Shown piece by piece: positions 1 through 12,052 of a DNA stretch of 64,000 bases. The notes below the pieces were generated by a model. The model was not told the origin of the DNA and ran no database searches. It saw only the letters and a program-made list of their open reading frames with translations. Positions within the stretch are counted from its first letter, which is position 1. Each line of letters begins with the position of its first letter. The stretch spans positions 38,068,001-38,132,000 of the forward strand of contig OX597835.1 in assembly GCA_951406725.2 (NCBI GenBank), given 5' to 3'. This stretch comes from Octopus vulgaris. Its lineage: Eukaryota. A program made the position numbers and the translations under genes.

Positions 1-119
1 TTGACTCATCTGAGCTGGCAGGGTTCCAGCTCTGCAAGTTACTCATTGATCCTGGTCGTTGCATTGAAAGAATAAGGATTATAAGAACTGTACAATGAAC
101 TGTACTAAGATGAGGCTGT

Positions 120-994
120 GGTGATGAGGATGATGGTGGTGGTGGTGGTGGTAGTGGTGGTGGTGGTGGTGGTGGTGGTGGAGGTGGAGGTAGTGATCGT
201 AACAATGAGCATGTGGTGACGATGATGATGATGATAATGATGGTGGTGAATGCAGTGGTAACATGGATGTGGGTGATGATGACAGTCACCGTTGTTGTGG
301 TGGTGATGTCGATGGAGATGAGGATGATGATGACGATGATGATGATGGTGATGAAGATGATGATGATGATGATGATGGCGACAATGATGATGATGACGAC
401 AATGACAATGATGGTGATGGTGGTGGTGGTGGTGGTTGTGGTGGTTGTGGTGGTGATGGAGATGAGGATGATGATGGCAATGGTGATGATGATGATAGCG
501 GTGGTGGTGGTAATGATGATTATGATGATGAAGATGATGATGATGATGACGACGACAATGATGATGATGATGATGATGATGACAATGACAATGATGATGA
601 TGGTGGTGGTGGTGGTGATGATTATGATGATGATGACAATGATGATGATGATGATGATGCTGATGATGATAGGGCTAGTGATGAAGTTCATGGTGACAAC
701 AATGCTAATGGTGGTGGCAGTGGGGATGGCAAGAATTATTGATAGAGGATAACAATGGTAATAATGATTTTGTTATTGTTGATGGTGATGGTGATGGTGG
801 TGGTTGAGGTGGCGGTGCCGGTGGTGAGGATGTTAATGATAATTGTTGTGATGCTGTTGGCAATGATGGTTAGAATTGTATGGGAAGAATTCTAGAAGAT
901 GATGATGTGTGAGTTGCTGGTGGCGGCGGCGATGGTGGTGACGATGGTAACACTGGTGCTGGTGATGGTGATGATGATGACGATGAGATGATGA

Positions 995-1028
<34 letters not shown>

Positions 1029-1060
1029 GGTGGTGGTGGTGGTGGTGGTGGTGATGATGA

Positions 1061-1094
<34 letters not shown>

Positions 1095-1290
1095 GGTGGT
1101 GGTGGTGGTGGTGGTGGTGGTGGTGGTGGTGGTGGTGGTGGTGGTGGTGATGATGATGATGGTGACGGTGATGATGATAGTAGTCATGGCAGAAGTAGTA
1201 GTGAGTACTGGTAGTATTGGTGGTGGTGGTGGTGGTGGTGGCGGTGGTGGGTTTGGTGGTGTTGGTGGTGGTGGTGGTGGTGGTGGTGGT
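120..1290. repeat. Compound (GAT)n/(GGT)n trinucleotide microsatellite field
   Basis: Directly visible; produces the poly-M/V/D/G/H ORFs of the track. Confidence 0.95.
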
Positions 1291-1344
1291 TGAGATGTGT
1301 TCAGGTATCATTTTCACCTTCTTTGCAAGTTTCATCATTCTCCT

Positions 1345-1616
1345 TGAGTCAGTGTTTGTTGTTGTTGTTGTGTGACGTCATTGATGGATGACTGGTGAAT
1401 GGGGTCGGGGCGTGGGTGGGATGAGAGATGGGGAGAGAGAGAGAGAGAAGGAGAGTGGGAGAGACAGTCACGAAATAACTGAAAATGAGTGAGAGAAACA
1501 AAGATACAGTTATAGAGAAAGAGAGAGAAAGAGAGAGTGTGTGTGTGGGAGGGAGAGAGAGAGAGAGAGAGGGAGAGAGAGAGAGAGAGAGAGATGAGAA
1601 ATAATGACGTGACTCA
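1345..1616. promoter_or_regulatory. Candidate bZIP (AP-1/CRE) motif cluster
   Basis: TGAGTCA 1345-1351, TGACGTCA 1373-1380, TGATGGAT 1382-1389, overlapping TGACGT/TGACTCA 1605-1616 in a unique island around a (GA)n tract. Confidence 0.3.
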
Positions 1617-1711
1617 AACAATTTGTCTTTCTTTGTTTTTTAGTCAGTCATTTGTTTCTTGTTGTGGTTGTTCTTCTTAACTTTTCATCTTGAAGGACAT
1701 CCTTATCGTCA

Positions 1712-1980
1712 GCATCATCATCATCATCGCCGCCGCCGCCGCCGCCACCACAACCACCACCATTATCATCGTTATCATCACTATCATCATCATTATCACC
1801 ACCACCACCATCATCATCACCACCACCATCATCATCACCACCATCATCATCATCGTTATCATCACCACCACCACCACCACCACCACCACCATCATCATTA
1901 CCACCATCATCATCATCACCACCACCACCACCACCACCACCATCATCAACATCATCATCATCATCATTATCACCATCATC

Positions 1981-2012
<32 letters not shown>
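1712..2012. repeat. (CAT)n/(CAC)n microsatellite
   Basis: Directly visible. Confidence 0.95.
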
Positions 2013-2524
2013 TCAACGTCTGTGTTCCATGCTGGCAAAGTTCAATGGAATCCAGTGGCCCCCAAGAACTGCATCATGTAGAAAGGTTTATTTGGCATTG
2101 TCCCTACAACTGGGTTGCCCTTCCTATCGCCAACCACTTTGCACCTGCTCTAGTGACATCCTCATGCAGCCTGCAGGACTATGAACCCCAAGTAGGGTGG
2201 AAAGCAGATGACCAGCATTATGAGTCAGATATTGATGATGATGCTGATGTTGATGCTGATGGTGATGACATTGGTGGTGGTGGTGGTGGTGGTGGTAATG
2301 TGGATGTTGATGAAGATGATGATACTGATGATGATGATGACCAGCCTTATGGTTTGGAAAAAAAAATTTTAATACATAAAATCCTAAGTTGACCTGAACA
2401 GGATTTGAACTCATAGTATGAAGATTTGGAATAAATAACAGCAAGGCACTTCTGTCTGATGCCCTAACAATTCTGACAACTTGAAACAGTGCTATTGTAT
2501 GGGGATGAGATATGGAAATCTAAA

Positions 2525-2815
2525 AAGAGCAAAGATCCCCTTTGGTCATGAATGACCATGGGATTGCACCTAGAAAGTTACCCTCTGAGGCACAAGTCCT
2601 TGCAAGGTTGTTTATGGAAGACCAGCAGTCACCCATGCATACCAGCTTTTCTTCTCCATGCCACCGGTGTTATCCAAGCTTGGCACCTGTGATGTCCCAA
2701 CTCATTTCTACAGCTGAGTGAACTGGAGCATTGTGAAATAAAGTGTCTTGCTCAAGAACACAACACACAGCCTAGTCCGGGAATTGAACTCACTACCTCA
2801 TGATTATGAGTCATG
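2525..2815 (-). mobile_element. tRNA-derived SINE, family S3 (tail ...GTCATTCATGACCGAAGGGGGTCTTTAC), decayed copy
   Basis: Aligns by eye to the intact copy at 36815-37152. Confidence 0.85.
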
Positions 2816-2834
2816 CATCTTCATATACAGAAGT

Positions 2835-3235
2835 ATATGAAAGTCACAATAAAAAAGATCCAGATTTTCATCAAACTCTGTTACCTCAAGATGTGATTCA
2901 GAATCCGTTGGTTGCAGAGAGTAATCAGCAGCATAGCTTTGTCAGGGTGGGACAAACCTTACCGATTCTTGTTGCTATGGAGAGGAAAAGTGGCATGAGT
3001 TCAGATGCACCCTCAAAATTCTACAGCATTGTGGTGTCAGGCAGTCTCTATGACAGAAAACTCTGGGGCAAAAGGAAGCGAGGAAGGCCAGGGAACACTT
3101 GGTGTCCTGAGCTGGAGAATGGAGGAAAATGTACTGGACGGATCCAGGAGTCAATTGGAGAGAAAAACCCGAATAGGGTTAAGTGCAGAGATGCTTATAT
3201 GCCAAGAAGGGCCAAGTGCCAAAGTGAGGTCAACA
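2835..3235 (+). mobile_element. RTE-clade LINE 3' fragment (degenerate)
   Basis: Broken frames read KKIQIFIKLC..RIRWLQ and GKRKRGRPGNTW..ELE, typical of the RTE ORF C-terminus. Confidence 0.75.
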
Positions 3236-3284
3236 TGCCCCTTATCTGTCTAATCTGCAGCAAATTATTATTTGTTGTTTCCCA

Positions 3285-3610
3285 TGAAGATGCATGGCTG
3301 TGTGGATTGGATATTGGACTCATGATTATAAGGTTGTGAGTTCAATTCCTGACGGTTGATTGTAACCTTAAGCAAAAGACTTTATTTCACATTGCTCCAA
3401 TCCATTCAGCTGGCAAAAATGATTAATGCCAGTAATTCAAATGGCCAGTCTTCTCATATTCTGTATCATGTTGAATCTCCCTGAGAACTACGGGTACCCA
3501 TGTCTGTGGAGTACTCAGCCACTTGCACATTAATTTCATGAGCAGGCTGTTTTATTAATCAGATCAATTAGAACACTCATCATCATAACTAATGGAGAAT
3601 GGAGTGCCAC
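3285..3610 (+). mobile_element. SINE, S3-related head with a different tail
   Basis: GAGTTCAATTCC B-box-like motif followed by AGCAAAAGACTTTATTTCACATTGCTCCAATCCATTCAGCTGGCAAAAATG, shared with 37192-37430. Confidence 0.65.
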
Positions 3611-3617
3611 CTTTTTA

Positions 3618-4183
3618 TTGGGTTGTCCGGAAAGTTCGTGCCGATTTTTAAAGGAAAGAAAAATGTCAATAAATACTTGCCATTACAATTTTTAATCCAC
3701 CAAATATGAACAATTTTGTTGCACAATGCATCTCCATCTTTCCTTTAACTTGAAAATATCTGCTTCCCAGAATTGAGGTGGTTTCATGGCAAAAATTCAT
3801 CAAGGTATCTTTTTACGTCATCCAAGGAATTGAAATTTTTACCATTAAGACTATTCTATAGAGCCCTGAATAAGTAGAAATCCGAAGGAGCAATATCTGG
3901 TGAATATGGAGGGTTGGGTAACACATCCCAGCCGAGCTGTAGCAATTTTTGTCTGGTTCCCAAAGCATCGAGTGCCGAAAATGAACTTTCTTATATTCCA
4001 TTTTAAAGGGTTACAGAATTAACACACGTTATAGGAACATAAACCTTCTTCCACGAAAAGATAGCTTAAACTATGCTCTAAATGGAGGTGTAGTCAAATC
4101 CTATTTTATGGACTCAACCGTGTTCTAAAATAAATCGAAAGGTAAGCTGCTATAAATCGGCACGAACTTTCCTGAAAACCCAA
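3618..4183 (-). mobile_element. Mariner internal-deletion derivative (MITE-like)
   Basis: ~30-bp TIRs TTGGGTTGTCCGGAAAGTTCGTGCCGATTT / AAATCGGCACGAACTTTCCTGAAAACCCAA with TA on both sides; minus strand reads WDVLPNPPYSPDIAPSDFYLFRAL (mariner YSPDLAP motif). Confidence 0.92.
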
Positions 4184-4439
4184 TATAATTATTTGTTTCT
4201 GTTATTGAATTGTGACCACACAGAACTGCTTCTAGAGGTAGCATTAACTCCATTAACTTCTCTTTGTATTTTATCAACTGATGCTAGTTTTAGTGATGCT
4301 GGGAAGATGAAAAGCAAAGTGAATCCGACAAGATCTTAACTCAGAACATAAAGAGAGATAATCAGATATGACAATATATTTTGTTTGACGCTCTACCAAT
4401 TCTGTCATCCATTCACTTTTTACTTTTCGCTTTTATTTT

Positions 4440-4646
4440 CTCTTTTACTTGTTTCAGTCATTTGACTGCGGCCATGCTGGAGCACTGCCTTTAGTTGAGC
4501 AAATCAACCGCAGGACTTATTCTTTGGAAGCCTAGTACTTATTATGTCGGTCTCTTTTGCCAAACCACTAAGTTATGGGGACGTAAACACAACATCATCA
4601 GTTGTCAAGCGATGTTGGGGGGACAAACACAGACACACAAACATAT

Positions 4647-4678
<32 letters not shown>

Positions 4679-4849
4679 ATATATACGATAGGTTTCTTTC
4701 AGTTTCTGCCTACCAAATCCACTCACAAGGCTTTGGTCAGCCCAAGGCTATAGCAGAAGACACTTGCCCAAGGAGCCACGCAGTGGGAATGAACCTGAAA
4801 CCATGTGGTTGGTAAAGCAAGCTACTAACCACACAGCCACTCCTGTGCC
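4440..4849 (-). mobile_element. tRNA-derived CORE-like SINE, family S1, full length
   Basis: Head GGCACAGGAGTGGCTGTGTGG, CORE-like CCTTGGGCAAGTGTCTT, internal (TA)/(TG) tract, tail CAGCATGGCCGCAGTCAAATGACTGAAACAAGTAAAAGAG. Confidence 0.9.
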
Positions 4850-4930
4850 TAATTTTTTTTTTGAATTCTTTAATTCTTTTTTGCATTCTTTTTATATTTT
4901 ACATTTTTACTTTTTCCTATATTTTTACAG

Positions 4931-5105
4931 TGAATTGAAGAGAATTTTGTCTGAGGTTTCTCCTACAATGAAGAAACTTGTTGATGTTGGAAAGACAAAA
5001 CCAGAAGCAAGATCATCTCCTCCAAGCAAGAACCCAAATCCGTATATTTTACCAGAGCCTGAAGGGAAGGCATTGCTGTGTTCCAGGACCATTCCTACCA
5101 AGTCT
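4931..5105 (+). CDS. Candidate internal exon of an unidentified host gene (ELKRILSEVSPTMKKLVDVGKTKPEARSSPPSKNPNPYILPEPEGKALLCSRTIPTKS)
   Basis: Strong acceptor tttttcctatatttttacag at 4930, open non-repetitive frame, donor TCT|GTATGT at 5105/5106 leaving phase 0. Confidence 0.6.
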
Positions 5106-5279
5106 GTATGTGTTAATTAAGTCTGTAGGACAGTTCACACCTCTCATTTGCATTCTTTCAATAGTTTAGTCATGTTGTTCCCATGTTGTGGTGGCCACGT
5201 ATAAATTCCAGTCAGAGAGCAATACAGTGTAATTTGAAGAATCATCATCATCATCATCATCATCCTCATCGTCATCATC

Positions 5280-5475
5280 ATCATCATTTAACATCCATTT
5301 TCCATGCTAGCACGGGTTGGACGGTTCAACTGGGGTCTGGGAAGCCAGGAGGCTGCACTAGTCTCCAGTCTGATCTGGCAGTGTTTCTACAGCTGGATAT
5401 GCCCTTCCTAACACCAACCACTCCAAGAGTGTAGTGGGTGCTTTTTATGTGCCACCGGCACAGGGGCCAGTTGGG
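5280..5475 (-). mobile_element. SINE family S4 ((GAT)n tail; GGAAGGGCATCCAGCTGTAGAAAC core)
   Basis: Matches copies at 11305-11650 and 31248-31755. Confidence 0.85.
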
Positions 5476-5614
5476 GCTATGTCTGGAAAACCAATTTCCG
5501 GACTGCAATGGTCTTCTGATGCACTGAGATTGACTACATACATGCAAAGTGCTCTGTATATGCATTTCTGTGCATATTTATGCATAGGTGTGTATATCAT
5601 CATCATCATCATCG

Positions 5615-5905
5615 TCATCATTTAATATCCATTTTGGCATGGGTTAGACAGTTTGACTGGAACTGGTATGCTGGATAGCTGCACCAGGTTCTGGTCCGAT
5701 CTGGCATGGTTTCTACAGCTGGATGCCTTCTTAAAGCCAACCACGTCAGGAGTGTAATGGGTTCATTTTATGTGCCACCGGCACAGGTACCAATTATGTG
5801 ACCCCAGCATCAGCCCCAACTATGATTCCACTTGGCTTGATGGGTCTTCTCAAGCACAGCATATTGCCAAAGGACTCAGTCATTTGTCACCACCTCCATG
5901 AGGCT
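5615..5905 (-). mobile_element. SINE family S4, decayed
   Basis: TTTCTACAGCTGGATGCC core and (CAT)n end. Confidence 0.75.
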
Positions 5906-5965
5906 GTATAAATATATAATATATAAGCTATAATACATATATGTATTGATATATATATATATATA

Positions 5966-6263
5966 TATTTATAAATAAGGATAATATCGATATTTAAATA
6001 TCGATCTTATCAAGTGGCCAGCATGGGAATAAATACCATACAAAGGTAATAATTATTTAAAACTATAAATAAGGGTATCTGAGAGATACCACCATGCCGA
6101 AATAGCAGTCAAAACCCTGACCCTAAAATCCACCTTAAATATTCATATCGCGCCATGAGATAAGACAGAGAGACAAAATAAACTAGCAAAAAAGATTTTA
6201 TTGGATAATTTTACATGCTATTTCGGCATGGTGGTATCTCTCAGATACCCTTATTTATAGTTT

Positions 6264-6265
<2 letters not shown>
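5966..6265. mobile_element. (TA)n-embedded short repeat (possibly PLE-LTR-derived) with a terminal inversion
   Basis: Near-identical to 43515-43740; 6058-6108 is inverted at 6216-6265. Confidence 0.75.
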
Positions 6266-6323
<58 letters not shown>

Positions 6324-6399
6324 GACATCTAATGTAGGATAAAATTTTTCGAAAAAATAATTTTATCAATGGCCAGCATATTAAAAAATACCTTCAAAG

Positions 6400-6786
6400 G
6401 TGGTAAGTAGCTTGCTAACCACCCACATGGTTCTGGGTTCAGTCCCACTGCGTGGCATCTTGGGCAAGTGTCTTTTGCTATAGCCCCGGGCCAACCAATG
6501 CCTTGTGAGTGGATTTGGTAGACGGAAACTGGAAGAAGCCTGTCGTATATATGTATATATATGTATGTATGTGTGTGTTTGTGTGTCTGTGTTTGTCCCC
6601 CTAGCATTGCTTGACAACCGATGCTGGTGTGTTTACGTCCCCATCACTTAGCGGTTCGGCAAAAGAGACCGATAGAATAAGTACTAGGCTTACAAAGAAT
6701 AAGTCCCAGGGTCGATATGCTTGACTAAAGGCGGTGCTCCAGCATGGCCGCAGTCAAATGACTGAAACAAGTAAAAGAGTAAAAGA

Positions 6787-6790
<4 letters not shown>
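6400..6790 (+). mobile_element. SINE family S1
   Basis: Reverse-complement match to 4440-4849. Confidence 0.9.
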
Positions 6791-6818
<28 letters not shown>

Positions 6819-6822
6819 TTTT

Positions 6823-6887
<65 letters not shown>

Positions 6888-6905
6888 GTACATGTATATG
6901 TATGT

Positions 6906-6929
<24 letters not shown>

Positions 6930-6938
<9 letters not shown>

Positions 6939-7260
6939 CGTCTGTTGTCCCTGCTGGCATGGGTTGGACAGTTTGACCAGGGCTAATATGCTGTAAGGCT
7001 GCACCAGACTCCAATCTGTTTTGGCATGGTTTCTACAGCTTGATGCCAAGCCTAATGCCAACCACTCTGAGAGTGTAATGGGTTCTTTAACATGCAGCCA
7101 GCACAGGTGCCACTTGCATGACACCATTGTGTATTTACGTGCCACCAGTATGGGTGTCAATTTGTGCGACACCAGTATCTGCCATGACTGCGATTTTGCT
7201 CAGCTTGATGGGGTCTTCTTCTTAAGCACAACATAATGACAAAGATCTTGGTCCCTATAT
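6930..7260 (-). mobile_element. SINE family S4
   Basis: Core motif and (CAT)n end. Confidence 0.8.
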
Positions 7261-7296
7261 ATTGCGAAGACCAATTTGGTAGAAAGCCAGGAATAC

Positions 7297-7530
7297 AGAG
7301 CGGCGAGCTGGCAGGAACGTTAGCACGCCGGGCGAAATGCTTAGCAGTATTTCGTCTGCCGCTACGTTCTGAGTTCAAATTCCGCCGAGGTCGACTTTGC
7401 CTTTCATCCTTTCGGGGTCGATAAATAAAGTACCAGTTACGCCCTGGGGTCGATATAATCTACTTAATCCCTTTTTCTGTCCTTGTTTGTCCCCTCTATG
7501 TTTAGCCCCTTGTGGGCAATAAAGAAATAT
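7297..7530 (+). mobile_element. tRNA-derived SINE family S2 (GGCGAGCTGGCAG..ACGTTAGCACGCCGGGCG...)
   Basis: B box GAGTTCAAATTCC, body GGTCGACTTTGCCTTTCATCCTTTCGGGGTCGATAAA, A-rich tail. Confidence 0.9.
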
Positions 7531-8671
7531 ATATATTGTGGAGACCCCCTTTGGCCAGGAATGACCATGGGATTGCACCTAGAAAGTTATGCTCCAAGAC
7601 CCAAGACCGGGCAAAATTGTTTATGGAAGACCAGCAGTTGCCCATGCATACTAGTCTCACCTATTTCTAGCAAGTGGCTTGAAAATGTTTTTGTTTTTTA
7701 GCATGTTGCTGGTTTGGTTAAATTTATTGCCAGTGGACAGCAGACAGCAGCAACCACAACCATAACAACACTGACAACACCAACGATATCAACATTATCA
7801 AAGACAAGAACATCGATATCAAGAAAAAAAAACAACAAATAGCAAGAACAAAATAAAAAGGAAAACAATAGTGTTGGAAGATTAACAATACAAAAAGTGT
7901 ATAAAAAATATCAATAAAAAGAAACAAACACAAAAGCAAACAACTATAAAAAAACCTACAACAAAAACAGGAACAAAAGACTAAAAGAAGCAAAAAAATT
8001 AAATAATAACCAAAGTTAGTCTTTTTTTTTCTGTCTGACCCCCACAAGACCTGAGTTTTTAGGTGGGGTTTTAATTCTCTGATATTTTATAATATTTTAA
8101 TTTATGTCATTATTTTAATAATGAAGTTTATATGTTTTATTGTAATTTATTTAAATGTGGTATATTTGTTTGATTTTTTTTTTGGCTATTTTTTTATATT
8201 AAAAAATATCTTCTTTGTATTGTTTTGAGGTGTTTCATTTTTTTTGCTTGTTTTTTTTTAAGACGGTGACGTGTTTAGTGGCAAAATTCCAAGATTATCT
8301 CGTTAAGATATTAAAAGATTAATAGTCGTGTCCATTTCCCCCCATGTACATGCACTTGAACTCAGACAAATGATCCACCTCCTCCTTCTCCTCTTCCTCC
8401 TCCGCCTCCTCCTGTTCCACATCATCATCATTGTCATCATCATAATTATTATCAACATCATCGTCGCCGCAACCACCACAACCGCCACCACCATCACCAT
8501 CATCACTGTCATCGTAATCTTCATAATTTATCATCAATCATCATCATCATCACCATCATTATCATCATCATCATCATCATCCTTATTTAAAATGACCACT
8601 TGACCAATCAGCATGGAAGTCACTGTCCAAACACACGCCAACCTTCCTGACCCTAGGATATGCTGTCTCCT

Positions 8672-8721
<50 letters not shown>

Positions 8722-9139
8722 TAGTGTCCTCTGCTCCTCAGAGCATGGTTGACCTCATGCCACCTCCATCCAGGACTGGCTGAGATAGTTCTCTCCTCAT
8801 TTTTTACATTGTTTATTTCAAGTCCTCTCATATCACTCAGGCCACACCCTTGCCAACCACTGGCTACCAGATGCTTAGGTGTCGCTGCTTTGATGCTGAC
8901 TTATTTGACATCAGAGATTTCAATTGTTCTCTCCATCCATTCGTCCTTCATCTCTTTCTCTCTCTTCCTTTCTCCTCTCCTCCCTCTTCTTTGTTTACAT
9001 GTATGAGTGTCTAGTTACATTTTATATGTATGTGTAATATCTCTCCTCCCCTCCTCTCTCTCTTTCTTCCCTTTTTCTATGTGTGTGAGTATATTTCTCT
9101 TTTTGTGTCTGAGGATAGGGAAGGCATTTATGTCAATCA

Positions 9140-9800
9140 TGTGATTGCCCCTTCAGTCATGGATGACTATGAGGTTGAACCTAGAAAGTTCCCCTTCAAG
9201 GTACAAGTCTGAGTAAGGTTGGCTATGAAAGACCAACAGTCACCTATGCATATCAACCTCGCCTCTCCATGCCATTATATTATATGTTCATAGTCTAAAG
9301 GGTCAAGACCCTCTTCAGTCATGAATGACCATGGGATTGCACCTTGAATGTTCCCCTCCCCAAAGCACAAGACTGGGCAACACTGTTTATGGAAGACCAG
9401 CAGTTGCCCATGCATACCAGCCTCCCCTCTTCACACCATTATATGCATGTAGGCTAAAGGGTAAAAACCCCCTTTGGACATGAATGACCATGAGATTGCA
9501 TCCAGAACGTTCCCCTCCGAAGAACAAGTCCAGGCAAGGTTGTTTATGGAAGACCAGCAGTCATCCATGCATACCAGCCTCCCTTCTCCATGCCACTGAT
9601 GTTATCCAAGGGAAAGACAAAGGCGGATACAGCTTGGCACTTGTGACATCACAACTCATTTCTACAGCTGAGTGAACTGGAGTAGCATGAAATAAAGTGT
9701 CTTGCTCAAGAACACAACACACAGCCTAGTCCAAGAATTGAACTCACTACCTCAGGATTGTGAGTCTGACACTCTAACTACTGAACCATGTACCTTCATT
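9140..9800 (-). mobile_element. SINE S3: one near-full copy plus two tandem 3'-end copies
   Basis: The GTCATGAATGACCATGGGATTGCACC..GAAGACCAGCAG..GCATACCAGCCTC unit recurs at ~9150, ~9310 and ~9470. Confidence 0.85.
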
Positions 9801-10573
9801 TCAATCATGTACAATTAACAAATTGTAATATTTCTTTTTCTCTATTTCTTTTTCACTCTTTCTATCTGCATGTGTATATTTTTGCATGCACATGCATATA
9901 TGTGTGTTTGGTATTTCCAGCACCAAAAAATATCATTCCCAAAACATACTGAATGTCCAGTGAACTGTGCCATATCATCAGTGTCAAAACAGCCAGTGCC
10001 CAATCACTTCATTCAATAAAATCAGAAACCATCCCTCTTATGCAGTTTCAGTTTCTGTGCCCCTTGTATTTCTACAGTATATCTTGGCTGTTGATTATGA
10101 TTGATTCCATTTGATCTATTTATTACTCTACAAAATGTACTGGGTGCTAGTACCGCTATGCATAGTTTACAGCATTTAATCCCGTTAATGTAGGGGCCTG
10201 GATTTTCTTGGATTCTTCATGATATTGTGTATAGAATCCCATCGTCTTTCAGCTGCCATACATGGCTGGCTAATGGAAATAGCAGCAGAGCCAATGTCAA
10301 TGATATCTATAACAGCAGTGACAGCACCACCGTCAATGATGATGATAACAACAACAACAGCCACCTCCACTGATGCCAATACCAATAGCACCTAAGCTAA
10401 CACCAACAGTACCAGTACCAACAACAGTGGTTGCAGCAATGCCAACACCAATGGACACAGCACTGCCAACACCCAGCCACAGAGATACATCAGCTGCTCC
10501 CAGAGCACATTCAAACAACGCCTCTCTAACCACAGATCCTTCTCCAGGATACTGGAAAGGCGATACATTATGT

Positions 10574-10830
10574 CATTAGCCAGCCATGTATGGCAGCTGG
10601 AAGATGACAAAATTCCATACACAATATCATGGACAATCCTAGAAATTCCAGCCCCCCTACATAATCTGTAAACTATGCATAATAGAGCAGGCTAGGATCC
10701 TAATATCCATAATAGAGTTGGCTAGGATCCTAAAGGACTCCCTTAACCCAAGGAACATCCTTAACTCCAGAATGGAGGTCTTCAGACTGTGCTTGCATTT
10801 CAGGAAATTCCTGTTGGCCTATTGGAATCC
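10574..10830 (+). mobile_element. Penelope-like element endonuclease C-terminal remnant with an upstream inverted copy (10157-10275)
   Basis: Reads LASHVWQLEDDKIPYTISWTILE..KLCIIE..LNSRMEVFRLCLHFRKFLL, like the PLE motif LSKYIW.LK...IKW.IL...C.LC..EK...LN.R.E....C.H..KFLL. Confidence 0.7.
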
Positions 10831-11246
10831 ACAGGATAACAGAGTCACTGGTGACCGATAGCCAAAGGGAGACAATCCCCTGTTGTTGACATTGAGTAGT
10901 GAGGTCATTTCCTCCTCTATATTCTACAGAGGCCTTAAGCCAACCGGTTTTGGGATCTGATGACACCTGTACCACTTTGTTACTCATATTTTATTCCCAC
11001 TATCCTGGAATCTCCACTTCATAAATACTATAGATAGTATTTTTAATATAAAGTACATGTCTGAATAGCTAAGAGCATATTTCTTCACTCTGCTGGGTTT
11101 TATTATCTGCATAGACTGCTAGAATATCATGTGGCCGGCACTGATGCACCATGTCTGATACTCACTTACAATTGTTGGGTGAGCATGTTACTCTGACCTA
11201 ACAAGGTGCTTCAGTTTAAGTACCTAATTCAACTGAATCTTAATTG

Positions 11247-11286
<40 letters not shown>

Positions 11287-11304
11287 TCATCATCATCATC
11301 ATCA

Positions 11305-11650
11305 TCATCATCGTTTAGCATCCGTTTTCCATGCTAGCATGAGTTGGATGGTTCTACTGGGGTCTGTGAAGCCAGAAGGCTTCATCAGGCCCAGTCAAAT
11401 CTGGTAGTGTTTCTACGGCTGGATGCCCTTCCTAATGCCAACCACTCCGAGAGTGTAGTGGGTGCTTTTTACGTGCCACCCGCACAGGTGCCAGACAGAG
11501 CTGGCAAACGGCCACGAACGGATGGTGCTTTTTATGTGCCACCGGCACAAGGGCCAGGCGAGGCTGGCAACGGACACGAAACGGGGCGGTGCTGGCAACG
11601 GTCGCGAAACGGAAGGTTCTCTTATATGCCACCGGCACTGGTAACACATC
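11305..11650 (-). mobile_element. SINE family S4 with internal tandem subrepeats
   Basis: Three GGTGCTTTTTAYGTGCCACCGGCAC-like units. Confidence 0.9.
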
Positions 11651-11737
11651 TGTAATATATATATATATAATACAATTAAGATTCAGTTGAATTAGGTACT
11701 TAAACTAAAGATATATATATATATATATATACATATG

Positions 11738-11965
11738 TATATATTAGAAGAAATAAGGTACACTCAGAAATCTGAATGGTTTTATATTTACAGATATTTA
11801 TTAATATGTCACATGCTTTCATAAATTATACATTAGTGCTTGCATCCACTAGAGTGGACGCAAGTGCTAATATATGATTTATAAAAACATGTGACATATT
11901 AATAAATATCTGTAAATATAAAACCATTCAGATTTCTGAGTGTACCTTATTTCTTCTAATATATA
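11738..11965. repeat. Long foldback palindrome (~110-bp arms) in (TA)n
   Basis: Arms are reverse-complementary around TCCACTAGAGTGGA. Confidence 0.95.
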
Positions 11966-11989
11966 ATACCTGTACATCATCTTCAAACC

Positions 11990-12052
<63 letters not shown>

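Noticed and set aside
1-280. Minus-strand open frame running off the window (poly-Pro...MQRPGSMSNLQSWNPASSDES) and hairpin GAGCTGG/CCAGCTC
   Set aside because: Truncated by the window edge, mostly microsatellite, no recognisable homology
2800-3339. 179-aa ORF as a host gene
   Set aside because: Chimeric read-through of SINE and frameshifted RTE LINE sequence
11460-11640. Repeat-spacer pattern resembling a CRISPR array
   Set aside because: Internal subrepeats of a eukaryotic SINE; spacers are related to each other and there are no cas genes
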